Assembly (NCBI GenBank): GCA_964057225.1
Contig: OZ059894.1
Coordinates: 11,904,001 to 11,968,000, forward strand
Direction of reading: 5' to 3'
Length of the DNA: 64,000 nucleotides
Source: Auanema rhodensis
Lineage: Eukaryota; Animalia; Nematoda
The notes beneath the pieces were generated by a model, which saw only the letters and a list, made by a program, of their open reading frames with translations, did not search any database and was not told the origin of the DNA. This document shows, one piece after another, positions 1 through 9,284 of this stretch. Numbering within the stretch: the first letter of the stretch is position 1; every line of letters begins with the position of its first letter. A program made the translations under genes and the position numbers.

Positions 1-272
1 TTTTTCTTATTCGAAGCGCTGCACTTTTTTCTATTCTTTTTATTCAAATACTTGTATATAGTTTTATATGTACGGTTGCAAAGTTTCCGAATATTTTATA
101 TATTTTTATACAATAATTAGGAGAAGGTTAATACAATGAAATCTCCCAACTTTACAGTGTTTGTATTGCTTACAGTATCTAGAACAACCACTCTTGTAAT
201 ATTAGAGCACATATCAATCAACAACTTTTTCTAGTTATCAAAGCTTTTTTATTTCTTCAAGATATTTCAAAT

Positions 273-283
273 AAAATATAAAA
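273..283 (-). terminator. Pol III terminator of 5S (TTTT ATA TTTT), repeated at every 5S
   Basis: T4 run at the 5S 3' end plus a second T4. Confidence 0.8.
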
Positions 284-401
284 GCTTACGACACCCGGGA
301 TTCCCAAGCCGTCTCCGATCCAAGTACTAACCGGGCCCAACGTTGCTTGACTTGCCAGATCGGACGGGATGGCGTACTTTCAACGTGGTATGGTCGTAAG
401 C
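283..401 (-). rRNA. 5S: 5S rRNA
   Basis: 119 nt GCTTACGACCATACCACGTTGAAAGTACGCCATCCCGTCCGATCTGGCAAG...GTCGTAAGCT; self-complementary ends; box A/C-like AGTCAAGCA and TTGGATCGGAGAC; TTTT terminator. Confidence 0.98.
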
Positions 402-424
402 AATGTTATATTCTTCATTATCAG

Positions 425-430
425 TTATAT
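425..430 (-). promoter_or_regulatory. TATA-like element ~-24 to -29 upstream of 5S (every copy)
   Basis: ATATAA at the usual position for 5S upstream elements; conserved in both 5S sub-repeats. Confidence 0.55.
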
Positions 431-642
431 CACTCTAAATCTTGTTGTTAATAGTTAGGACCACAAAGAAAACAACAGGAACAGTAACAAATGAAATGCC
501 CAAACTTTACAGTGTTCGAGTTATTTACAGTATCTAAGACTACCTCTGTCGTGTTATTAGAGCAAACATTCGATTAACAACAACTTTTTTTTAGTTATCA
601 AAGCTTTTTTATTTCTTCAAAAAATTTCAAATAAAATATAAA

Positions 643-761
643 AGCTTACGACACCCGGGATTCCCAAGCCGTCTCCGATCCAAGTACTAACCGGGCCCAA
701 CGTTGCTTGACTTGCCAGATCGGACGGGATGGCGTACTTTCAACGTGGTATGGTCGTAAGC
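643..761 (-). rRNA. 5S: 5S rRNA
   Basis: Identical copy, 360-bp sub-repeat. Confidence 0.98.
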
Positions 762-903
762 AATGTCATATTCTTCATTATCAGTTATATCACTCTAAAT
801 CTTGTTGTTAATAGATACGACCACAAAGAAAACAACAGGAACAGTAACAATAACAAAAAAAATTTTTTTTTCACCTATGTGTCTAAAGGTTAGCCATGTA
901 TCC

Positions 904-906
<3 letters not shown>

Positions 907-937
<31 letters not shown>
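907..937. repeat. (TA)n microsatellite in spacer, one per unit, length variable (~15-25 repeats)
   Basis: Direct reading; main source of small unit-length differences. Confidence 0.97.
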
Positions 938-939
<2 letters not shown>

Positions 940-1031
940 ACAGTAAAAAGTCCAATCAAGAGAGAAATTTTTTCAACACATAGTTGTTTTTTTTTAAATA
1001 TCATTGTTTTTCCTCATAACTCGGTTTAAAC

Positions 1032-1708
1032 TCGTTCTAACCCGTTGAAATACGTCTAGAAAGTCTTTATAACATGCATATGTATGATAGAACTTCATAT
1101 TTATTGTAATAGAAAATTTTATTTTCAGACGTCTTGGTTAACAATGATATGTTTTACCCCCTTATAATTTTTATCATAATGTTCCTTATACGGAACGCTC
1201 AATGAAACTTGCTTCCAGAAAAATTTCTTTCTATTTTTTCTTCATATGTACGTAGATACTATAGAGAACTATGATAGAAAACTTTAACATTCACGAAATC
1301 ATCATTTCTCATTACGCTACGGAGGTTTAAAAAGCTGTGTTTTACCTTATAATAGACCGGAAAACCCTTGTGTTAAAACTGGACCGTTTTTACACATATA
1401 AAAATGTCCCGTATTCGGGACCCTAATGTAACTTTTGATTCCCTATATTTTTTTTCATGAAATTTACAATCTACTGTAGAAAGAAGAATTATTTTTATAA
1501 AAACTGTAAATTTTTGAAAAATGAAAACAAAACGAAAACAAAAACAACTTTTTTTTGAACATTTTCTCACACAAGGGTCCCCCCTTACCTACTTTTTTTC
1601 TCATTACTCGTTTCAACCTCATCCGATCACTCTGCAAACATGTTTAATCGTTCTAACTTGTTGAAATACGTCTTAAAAGTCTAAACAACATGCATATGCA
1701 TAATAGAA
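1032..1708 (+). repeat. Diverged ~60-bp direct repeat pair in spacer (1032-1092 and 1648-1708); every unit
   Basis: tcgttctaacccgttgaaatacgtctagaaagtct..acatgcatatgtatgatagaa vs tcgttctaacttgttgaaatacgtcttaaaagtct..acatgcatatgcataatagaa. Confidence 0.85.
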
Positions 1709-1752
1709 ACCACCCGAATAGGCCCCCACGCACTAAACGAGATATATACATT

Positions 1753-1847
1753 ACCAGTATAGTAATAGAACACATATTGAAGATTAATTCGATAAGAACA
1801 ATTTATTGACGTAGAGAATGTTTGTTCCGAAAAACTACAATATTAAA
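1753..1847 (-). pseudogene. Decayed relic: short-element 3' tail + U2 nt 39-79 + short-element 5' head (present in every unit)
   Basis: 1753-1762 accagtatag = element head; 1763-1803 = U2 39-79 with 5 transitions; 1804-1847 aligns to element tail 2267-2310. Confidence 0.85.
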
Positions 1848-2120
1848 CTATAAAAGTAACAAAAGCGTAGAGGCAGCAAAGACATGAATAAACATAAATG
1901 TAAATACAGAATTACCAGGTAGTACATAAGTATGACAAAAAATTATAAGAAAGCCATGAAAATAGAAGGTTTGTGAACAAATGAGAGGTACATCTTTGAT
2001 CGTATAGTCATTTCTAAACCGTTCGTATGCTGCAGCATCGTCATAAGCGTCACTCAAGTTGAATTTCCATGTGTACTACACGATTTTCATTCTTATTGTT
2101 ACATTCTTTCCCTGAGGGAA

Positions 2121-2266
2121 TGGGCCGTTCCCGCCAGCAGTGCAAGAGCGGGTCGACCCGTGAGGTGGAGCTAGCAAGCCAGCATCTACCTCAAGTCTCA
2201 AAAATCGGTTAACCTTATTGTGAACCAATGGAACACATATCGAAGGTTAATTCGATAAGAACGATT
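2121..2266 (-). pseudogene. U2: U2 3' part (nt 39-184) downstream of short element; representative of 14 such loci
   Basis: Identical to U2 nt 39-184. Confidence 0.95.
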
Positions 2267-3054
2267 TATTGAAGTAGATAATGTTTGTCCCGGAGGACTA
2301 CAATATTAAAATAATTACTGAAGCCCGAAGGCAGCGAGAAATAGTAAGGATACTACCTGCACTGAGTGCGTCGTATCATAAAAAAAGAGATAGCTAATGG
2401 GCAAGTTGAAGAGCTTGAAATTAACAATGACGTCACTAGAAGTAAAGTTTTCTATCTGCAGCTGCGGGTAAAGAGGGTCAGCGTAAGCAGAATTCAATTC
2501 TACCAACAATTAGTGGGAACATTGAGAGAACAGATGAAGGAGGAAATTGTAACTTCAAGTAAAATAGATTATATCTTCAGCTGCGGGTAAAGAGAGTCAG
2601 CTTTGTACAGATTACTAGTTTACATAAGAAGTGGTAACATTTCAAAAAAGGAGCACAACATAAAAAACGAGACTACGGACTATGAGGTAAATGTTATCAT
2701 TGTCTGGATCGATGATTCGGCATTTGATTGCAGCTGCGGATTGAGTGGATCAGCTTGCATGGCGTCCGCATTCGACATCAGGGAAAATGATGAGTTTCTT
2801 GAGGTCCGGCTCGGCGGGCTGTTATGTCCTATTCCCTGTTGATGGTGTTGTTGTCCTTGAGCTTGTTCTTCTTCCCAGAAAAAAAAAAACTGTGAAGCTG
2901 AAGAGTCCTATTAAACGTCTTTAAACGCAAGATTAATAAGAAGCTACTACAGCTAACACAGGACCGCCTCAAGGCCTGGTAGATCAACCAGTGTTGCTTC
3001 AATCACCAAGTATTGCGGCCTGGGCCCTTGGATCAATTCACAACACCAGTATAG
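2267..3054 (-). mobile_element. Short non-autonomous U2-inserted element (788 bp unique), copy 1
   Basis: Absent from intact units; same insertion point as autonomous element; 41-bp direct repeat of U2 nt 39-79 (2226-2266, 3055-3095); ends TTCAATAA(A). Confidence 0.88.
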
Positions 3055-3133
3055 CAATGGAACACATATCGAAGGTTAATTCGATAAGAACGATTACTAC
3101 ACTTTGATCTTAGCCAAAAGGCCGAGAAGCGAT
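3055..3133 (-). pseudogene. U2: U2 5' part (nt 1-79) fused to short element; representative of 14 such loci
   Basis: Identical to U2 nt 1-79, then continues CTATACTGGT. Confidence 0.95.
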
Positions 3134-3575
3134 ACAGCATAGCCATGAGTATCAAAGACATCAAGCAAATGTATCGTACTTGTTACGAGTGCACTCTCTC
3201 ATTTGAATATAAAAGTGTGGTTTGACAATCTTGACTGTACAGGTCATAAATGGCTCATATAAACTGTGGATTTACTCAACTTTTGGACTTATTTTTTTCT
3301 TATTCGAAGCGCTGCACTTTTTTCTATTCTTTTTATTCAAATACTTGTATATAGTTTTATATGTACGGTTGCAAAGTTTCCGAATATTTTATATATTTTT
3401 ATACAATAATTAGGAGAAGGTTAATACAATGAAATCTCCCAACTTTACAGTGTTTGTATTGCTTACAGTATCTAGAACAACCACTCTTGTAATATTAGAG
3501 CACATATCAATCAACAACTTTTTCTAGTTATCAAAGCTTTTTTATTTCTTCAAGATATTTCAAATAAAATATAAA

Positions 3576-3694
3576 AGCTTACGACACCCGGGATTCCCAA
3601 GCCGTCTCCGATCCAAGTACTAACCGGGCCCAACGTTGCTTGACTTGCCAGATCGGACGGGATGGCGTACTTTCAACGTGGTATGGTCGTAAGC
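3576..3694 (-). rRNA. 5S: 5S rRNA
   Basis: Identical copy. Confidence 0.98.
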
Positions 3695-3935
3695 AATGTT
3701 ATATTCTTCATTATCAGTTATATCACTCTAAATCTTGTTGTTAATAGTTAGGACCACAAAGAAAACAACAGGAACAGTAACAAATGAAATGCCCAAACTT
3801 TACAGTGTTCGAGTTATTTACAGTATCTAAGACTACCTCTGTCGTGTTATTAGAGCAAACATTCGATTAACAACAACTTTTTTTTAGTTATCAAAGCTTT
3901 TTTATTTCTTCAAAAAATTTCAAATAAAATATAAA

Positions 3936-4054
3936 AGCTTACGACACCCGGGATTCCCAAGCCGTCTCCGATCCAAGTACTAACCGGGCCCAACGTTGCT
4001 TGACTTGCCAGATCGGACGGGATGGCGTACTTTCAACGTGGTATGGTCGTAAGC
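3936..4054 (-). rRNA. 5S: 5S rRNA
   Basis: Identical copy. Confidence 0.98.
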
Positions 4055-4196
4055 AATGTCATATTCTTCATTATCAGTTATATCACTCTAAATCTTGTTG
4101 TTAATAGATACGACCACAAAGAAAACAACAGGAACAGTAACAATAACAAAAAAAATTTTTTTTTCACCTATGTGTCTAAAGGTTAGCCATGTATCC

Positions 4197-4246
<50 letters not shown>

Positions 4247-5428
4247 ACAGTAAAAAGTCCAATCAAGAGAGAAATTTTTTCAACACATAGTTGTTTTTTT
4301 TTTAAATATCATTGTTTTTCCTCATAACTCGGTTTAAACTCGTTCTAACCCGTTGAAATACGTCTAGAAAGTCTTTATAACATGCATATGTATGATAGAA
4401 CTTCATATTTATTGTAATAGAAAATTTTATTTTCAGACGTCTTGGTTAACAATGATATGTTTTACCCCCTTATAATTTTTATCATAATGTTCCTTATACG
4501 GAACGCTCAATGAAACTTGCTTCCAGAAAAATTTCTTTCTATTTTTTCTTCATATGTACGTAGATACTATAGAGAACTATGATAGAAAACTTTAACATTC
4601 ACGAAATCATCATTTCTCATTACGCTACGGAGGTTTAAAAAGCTGTGTTTTACCTTATAATAGACCGGAAAACCCTTGTGTTAAAACTGGACCGTTTTTA
4701 CACATATAAAAATGTCCCGTATTCGGGACCCTAATGTAACTTTTGATTCCCTATATTTTTTTTCATGAAATTTACAATCTACTGTAGAAAGAAGAATTAT
4801 TTTTATAAAAACTGTAAATTTTTGAAAAATGAAAACAAAACGAAAACAAAAACAACTTTTTTTTGAACATTTTCTCACACAAGGGTCCCCCCTTACCTAC
4901 TTTTTTTCTCATTACTCGTTTCAACCTCATCCGATCACTCTGCAAACATGTTTAATCGTTCTAACTTGTTGAAATACGTCTTAAAAGTCTAAACAACATG
5001 CATATGCATAATAGAAACCACCCGAATAGGCCCCCACGCACTAAACGAGATATATACATTACCAGTATAGTAATAGAACACATATTGAAGATTAATTCGA
5101 TAAGAACAATTTATTGACGTAGAGAATGTTTGTTCCGAAAAACTACAATATTAAACTATAAAAGTAACAAAAGCGTAGAGGCAGCAAAGACATGAATAAA
5201 CATAAATGTAAATACAGAATTACCAGGTAGTACATAAGTATGACAAAAAATTATAAGAAAGCCATGAAAATAGAAGGTTTGTGAACAAATGAGAGGTACA
5301 TCTTTGATCGTATAGTCATTTCTAAACCGTTCGTATGCTGCAGCATCGTCATAAGCGTCACTCAAGTTGAATTTCCATGTGTACTACACGATTTTCATTC
5401 TTATTGTTACATTCTTTCCCTGAGGGAA

Positions 5429-5575
5429 TGGGCCGTTCCCGCCAGCAGTGCAAGAGCGGGTCGACCCGTGAGGTGGAGCTAGCAAGCCAGCATCTACCTC
5501 AAGTCTCAAAAATCGGTTAACCTTATTGTGAACCAATGGAACACATATCGAAGGTTAATTCGATAAGAACGATTA
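5429..5575 (-). pseudogene. U2: U2 snRNA 3' part (nt 38-184) downstream of the retrotransposon
   Basis: Identical to intact U2 copies from nt 38. Confidence 0.95.
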
Positions 5576-8500
5576 ATGGTTTATTGAATAACTAATGTTA
5601 TGATACAATAAATAACCAATAAAAAAGAGCCCAGAATCGGGGAGACGGTATTACCAGTACAACTTAAAACAGCAAGTAATTAAAAAGTACATAATAAGAC
5701 ACATTGCCAACAGAGGCTAAAACGACTCAAGAGTCGGGGGAGTGGGTTAAAAAAAATGAACAAAAAAATGAATATTAAAGCAGAACAATGAGAAATCAAG
5801 TGCCGCTATGATCAAACAATTTGAGTGCCTACGGCAATGATGTTAAAAATAAACAACAAAATACATGTACCAATGAAGGTCAGAAAGAAAGAAACAAAAG
5901 ACAAAAATAAGTAATACAAAAAGTAAATACATTACAATCAAATCACAAACAAGTCAATTGATAATTTCTTCTTCATATTGCCTTACACCAGAAACATGTT
6001 CCACGTAGATATTCCTGGCCCACTTGATGGTATCGGCGACGACGAGCTTCTCCATTAGCCGGTTGTAGTGGCTGCTGATCTTGAGTGATCGGAGGGCTTG
6101 TCCGTTGAGCGGGTCCATAGTTCCAAGCATTCCTACGACATATGCTTCTACACTAGTCTTATAACCAAGACATTGGTATTGGCTGGCTATGTCAGCATAT
6201 TTCCTCTCCTTTATCATACGCGCGGCTATCATGGCTTGACGGCGGTTTTCATAGCTCACTGTAACATCAACGATACTACAGTGTTTTGCGTCATGATCGA
6301 CCACTACTATGTCAGGTCGGAGTGTACTATTAATGCCAGGAAGAGGCTGGTTAGTGTAAACTTCTCCGTTTTTAGGCTCTGGCAGGGCTTTGATAAGACG
6401 GTCCACGATGTTGTTGTGGCGGAGTTGGATTGCTCTCGTGTGAGAGTGGCAGTGTCCAAGAACATGTGCAGCAGTTTCGTTGGAGTAACTACACCTGCGG
6501 CACTGTTTGTTTCCTTCTCCGTGTCTTCTACAGCCATTGAGCTGGAGAGTATTGAGTCGAGCCTTGTGGATGAATCGCCAATCAGCAAACCGTATGAAAT
6601 CTCCCTTCGCCATAAAGTGATTGGACGCTTTGTTGAGCATTGTGACATCAAAGACTTTCCCTTGATCCGGTTTTTGAAGAAGGATCCGAAGGTCTTTCAG
6701 CCATAATGCCCGTCGCAGGCTTCTGTGGCATAGTGAAGGTGTTAACAGTTGGTTGTTTAGATTGAGTTCTAAACCACTTTCGAGGCATGTCCAGTTAGCG
6801 TTGATGAGTTTCTTGAGTTGACGCATCGCTACTCTTACTCTAGTCCAGATGGAGGAAACATCAGATGTTTCGGTGTCGAAAATGCCATCAACGGAACCGT
6901 TGTAATATGCAGCTGTCTCATCGTTACTGGCTTGACGTTTAATCCTTTTTGATGCTACTTTTTTTGAGTCTTGATGCGCAATATCAGCTACTACAAGATC
7001 AGATGACTTCAAAAGTTGGTAGGCATGAGTGACTTCACAGACGTCTGACAGGTGTTGGAGTCGAGAGAGACCAAGTCCGCCGTAGTTAGTTGGCAGGTAG
7101 ATTGGTTCAGCACTGGCGTTTGGAGGATAGTGCATCCATCTACGGGCACAGCGTTTGAGTTCTTTGTCAAAGGCGACTAGTTTACTCTTTGGGACGTGGC
7201 CATTCGTCATATGAAAATTAAGGCAGGGCATCAGGAAGGTGCGTACTGCGTCAGCTTTCTGCCATTCAGCAAGTAAGGATTTGTCAATTTTTTCCAAGTG
7301 TTGACTCATAATATTCACTGTTGGAACCGCAGACTTATGTAAATGCATTCCAGTAGGGATTCCCAGGTGGGAGTAGCTGTCGAATTTGCTGAGAGCGGGT
7401 AGAGAGGAGCTCTGTAGCATGTATGAGGCTGTTGATATTTTCCCTTTGTCGATCGTCAAGGTGGCGCATTTCGCTGGTTTGAAGGTCAAGCCTGTGAAAT
7501 TAGCCGCATTTGATGCTGCGTCCAACATTTTCTGTAGATCTTCTGATGATGAGGAGACCAGGGCAAGGTCATCGGCGTACGCTAGCACAGCGATGTTGTG
7601 ATTGTGTAGCTTATAGCCAGTAGAGGATTCCAAGATGGTTTTAATTAGAGGTTCAATGGCAAGGTTGAACAGGATCGGAGATAGTGGGGATCCTTGTAAC
7701 ACACCTGCATGAACTGGAATGGTCGATGTGAGTCCGGAGCCTGTCTGGATTCTTGTAGAGGCATCTGTGTATAGAGCTCGTACTCGGGATATTGAGGCTT
7801 CAGCCACTCCTGACCATCTTAGAACGTCTAGCAGAGTTTCGTGTGGCAGCGATCCAAAAGCGTTTGCGAGATCAAGCCAAGCAATTGCAATTTTCTCACG
7901 TTTACGTTTAGCGTCCGCAATGGTACTTTGCAACATAAAGTTGTGTTCCATGCATCCAGCTTTGGCCACAAAGCCCTTTTGGGAGGGAGAAAGTCTTTTT
8001 TCTGCTCTTGCCCATGTTAGCAGTCGATGCGTAAGACAAGCTGAGTACGTCTTACCAATTGTGCACGAAAGTGCTATTGGTCGCCAGTTGTTAATGTCAG
8101 CTTTATCACCTTTCTTATGGATGAGGACGGTGGTCGACTCTTTCCAGGAAAAAGGGATGTGTCCTAGCTTGTGTACGGTGTTAAATATCGCTGCTAATAT
8201 GTGACCTCCTTGGTCAAATTTCTTCCAGTGCGAGTATCGAAGTCCATCAGCTCCTGGAGCCGTATCGCTGCAACGTCGTATGCGTTCCCAGACTTCCAAA
8301 GGGGTGAAAACACCTTCTAATGGGTCGGTACTAGCTGGCAAATCCGGTCTGGTGACTGTGATGGGGAGGGCTGGGCCTTGACTGCTGTGAACAGAAAGGA
8401 AATGTTTTTCAACCTCTGCAGATGGTATGGTGCAGGTTTCACTTTGTTCTCCGAGCAGTTGTCGAAAGGCTTTCTTCTTGTTGGCCCTCCAGAGCTTCTG

Positions 8501-9284
8501 GAGCTTCATCGCCTGGGTTTTTTGGTCTTCCTCAGGTTGTGTGTGTGGTCGGCGCCTTTGTCGGAAGTTGGGAACTTTGATCATAATGTCAAGAGACTTT
8601 CTGATTGCGTCTACCAACTCTTCCAGGACCTGCTCGAGCTCACTTTTGCACACAACCTTTTTAATTCTATCCACCCAAGTATTTTCAGAGTTTCTATTCG
8701 GATCAGGGTCGGCAAAAAATGGTTCTGTACTCGAAACCCTGATCTCGTTGAATATTTCACTCTCTCGCGGAAGGGGGGAAACTTCGGCCTCTGGGGACAA
8801 GTCCAGAATTGGGGCCTCAAACAAGCGTACCGTTGATGGAGATCCTTGTTCCTGTCCACTGGATGATGTTTCCTCCATTGTACGCTCCTCCACGGGCGGG
8901 GTGGTCGTCCTTGTGCCTGGTGGGCGGGTGTTCCTGATCCTCCGCAATATAGGGCGGGAACTGGGCTCTCTCGGAGATAGAGGTGAGATCACCACAGTTT
9001 CCTCTATGATGCGGAGGCATCCTTCAGCTTTTTTCTGATGGCTTTTAACGGCCTTCAGATTGCTGGTGAGGCCACAGGCACGGCACTCAAATTCTACTCC
9101 GACCTCATGTTCTCTCCGAAGATGGCGGACGAGACCATTGTGGTCTGAGTAGGATCGCGGAATAGGAGCGCAGATTGAACAAGAAAAAGGGCTCTGAAGA
9201 GGCACCTTTAGCTTGTAAAGCCCTTGCTCCATCTCTAGCAGATCTAAAGACTTACGTAGTACAGTTGCAATATCGATTTAGCCA
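5576..9284 (-). mobile_element. Full-length U2 snRNA-targeting non-LTR retrotransposon (Utopia-like), unique portion
   Basis: Interrupts U2 co-directionally at nt 38/39; 52-nt leader, single ORF, 378-nt 3' UTR ending TTCAATAAACCAT without poly(A); flanked by 59-bp direct repeat of U2 nt 38-96 (5517-5575 and 9285-9343). RLE-type elements targeting this U2 position are the known Utopia family. Confidence 0.93.
5954..9232 (-). CDS. Non-LTR retrotransposon protein (Utopia/NeSL-like, R2-group): N-terminal zinc fingers, reverse transcriptase, CCHC knuckle, restriction-like endonuclease
   Basis: 1092 aa uninterrupted. CSIC..HLRREH and CRAC..SHQ zinc fingers; RT motifs APGADG, LIHKKGD..NWRPIAL, QKGF, WLDLANAFGSLPH, GVLQGSPLSPILFN, YADDL; CRRC..ETAAHVLGHC; RHN; LRPDIVV..IVDVTV..K..KY (PD-(D/E)xK). 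Confidence 0.97.
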   Translation of the reverse strand: MEQGLYKLKVPLQSPFSCSICAPIPRSYSDHNGLVRHLRREHEVGVEFECRACGLTSNLKAVKSHQKKAEGCLRIIEETVVISPLSPREPSSRPILRRIRNTRPPGTRTTTPPVEERTMEETSSSGQEQGSPSTVRLFEAPILDLSPEAEVSPLPRESEIFNEIRVSSTEPFFADPDPNRNSENTWVDRIKKVVCKSELEQVLEELVDAIRKSLDIMIKVPNFRQRRRPHTQPEEDQKTQAMKLQKLWRANKKKAFRQLLGEQSETCTIPSAEVEKHFLSVHSSQGPALPITVTRPDLPASTDPLEGVFTPLEVWERIRRCSDTAPGADGLRYSHWKKFDQGGHILAAIFNTVHKLGHIPFSWKESTTVLIHKKGDKADINNWRPIALSCTIGKTYSACLTHRLLTWARAEKRLSPSQKGFVAKAGCMEHNFMLQSTIADAKRKREKIAIAWLDLANAFGSLPHETLLDVLRWSGVAEASISRVRALYTDASTRIQTGSGLTSTIPVHAGVLQGSPLSPILFNLAIEPLIKTILESSTGYKLHNHNIAVLAYADDLALVSSSSEDLQKMLDAASNAANFTGLTFKPAKCATLTIDKGKISTASYMLQSSSLPALSKFDSYSHLGIPTGMHLHKSAVPTVNIMSQHLEKIDKSLLAEWQKADAVRTFLMPCLNFHMTNGHVPKSKLVAFDKELKRCARRWMHYPPNASAEPIYLPTNYGGLGLSRLQHLSDVCEVTHAYQLLKSSDLVVADIAHQDSKKVASKRIKRQASNDETAAYYNGSVDGIFDTETSDVSSIWTRVRVAMRQLKKLINANWTCLESGLELNLNNQLLTPSLCHRSLRRALWLKDLRILLQKPDQGKVFDVTMLNKASNHFMAKGDFIRFADWRFIHKARLNTLQLNGCRRHGEGNKQCRRCSYSNETAAHVLGHCHSHTRAIQLRHNNIVDRLIKALPEPKNGEVYTNQPLPGINSTLRPDIVVVDHDAKHCSIVDVTVSYENRRQAMIAARMIKERKYADIASQYQCLGYKTSVEAYVVGMLGTMDPLNGQALRSLKISSHYNRLMEKLVVADTIKWARNIYVEHVSGVRQYEEEIIN

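Noticed and set aside
1321-1350. GGTTTAAAAAGCTG as a spliced-leader exon
   Set aside because: Only the first 7 nt resemble SL1; no AG|GT donor at ~22 nt and no positioned Sm site
802-2057. Recurrent 63-79 aa ORFs in spacers (MLLID.., MRKCS.., MSDAY.., MTILT..)
   Set aside because: Mostly non-ATG starts, F/I/Y/K low-complexity from AT-rich DNA, one broken by the variable (TA)n; recurrence merely reflects the tandem array
2366-2842. Plus-strand 74 and 79 aa ORFs within the short element
   Set aside because: GTG/TTG starts, antisense to the inferred element RNA, no recognisable domain
2226-3095. Insertions as spliceosomal introns that would restore U2
   Set aside because: No AG|GT register exists within the 41-bp repeat; the 59-bp repeat has one (AAG|GTTAA) but with a poor AAG acceptor and no pyrimidine tract
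1763-3095. CRISPR-like array from three ~41-bp repeats
   Set aside because: Repeats are U2 fragments separated by 420-790 bp; no cas genes; eukaryotic context
6098-9038. Overlapping ORFs (202, 114, 71, 161, 152, 203, 82, 67 aa) within the retrotransposon
   Set aside because: Antisense or alternate-frame shadows of the GC-richer RT ORF; no motifs
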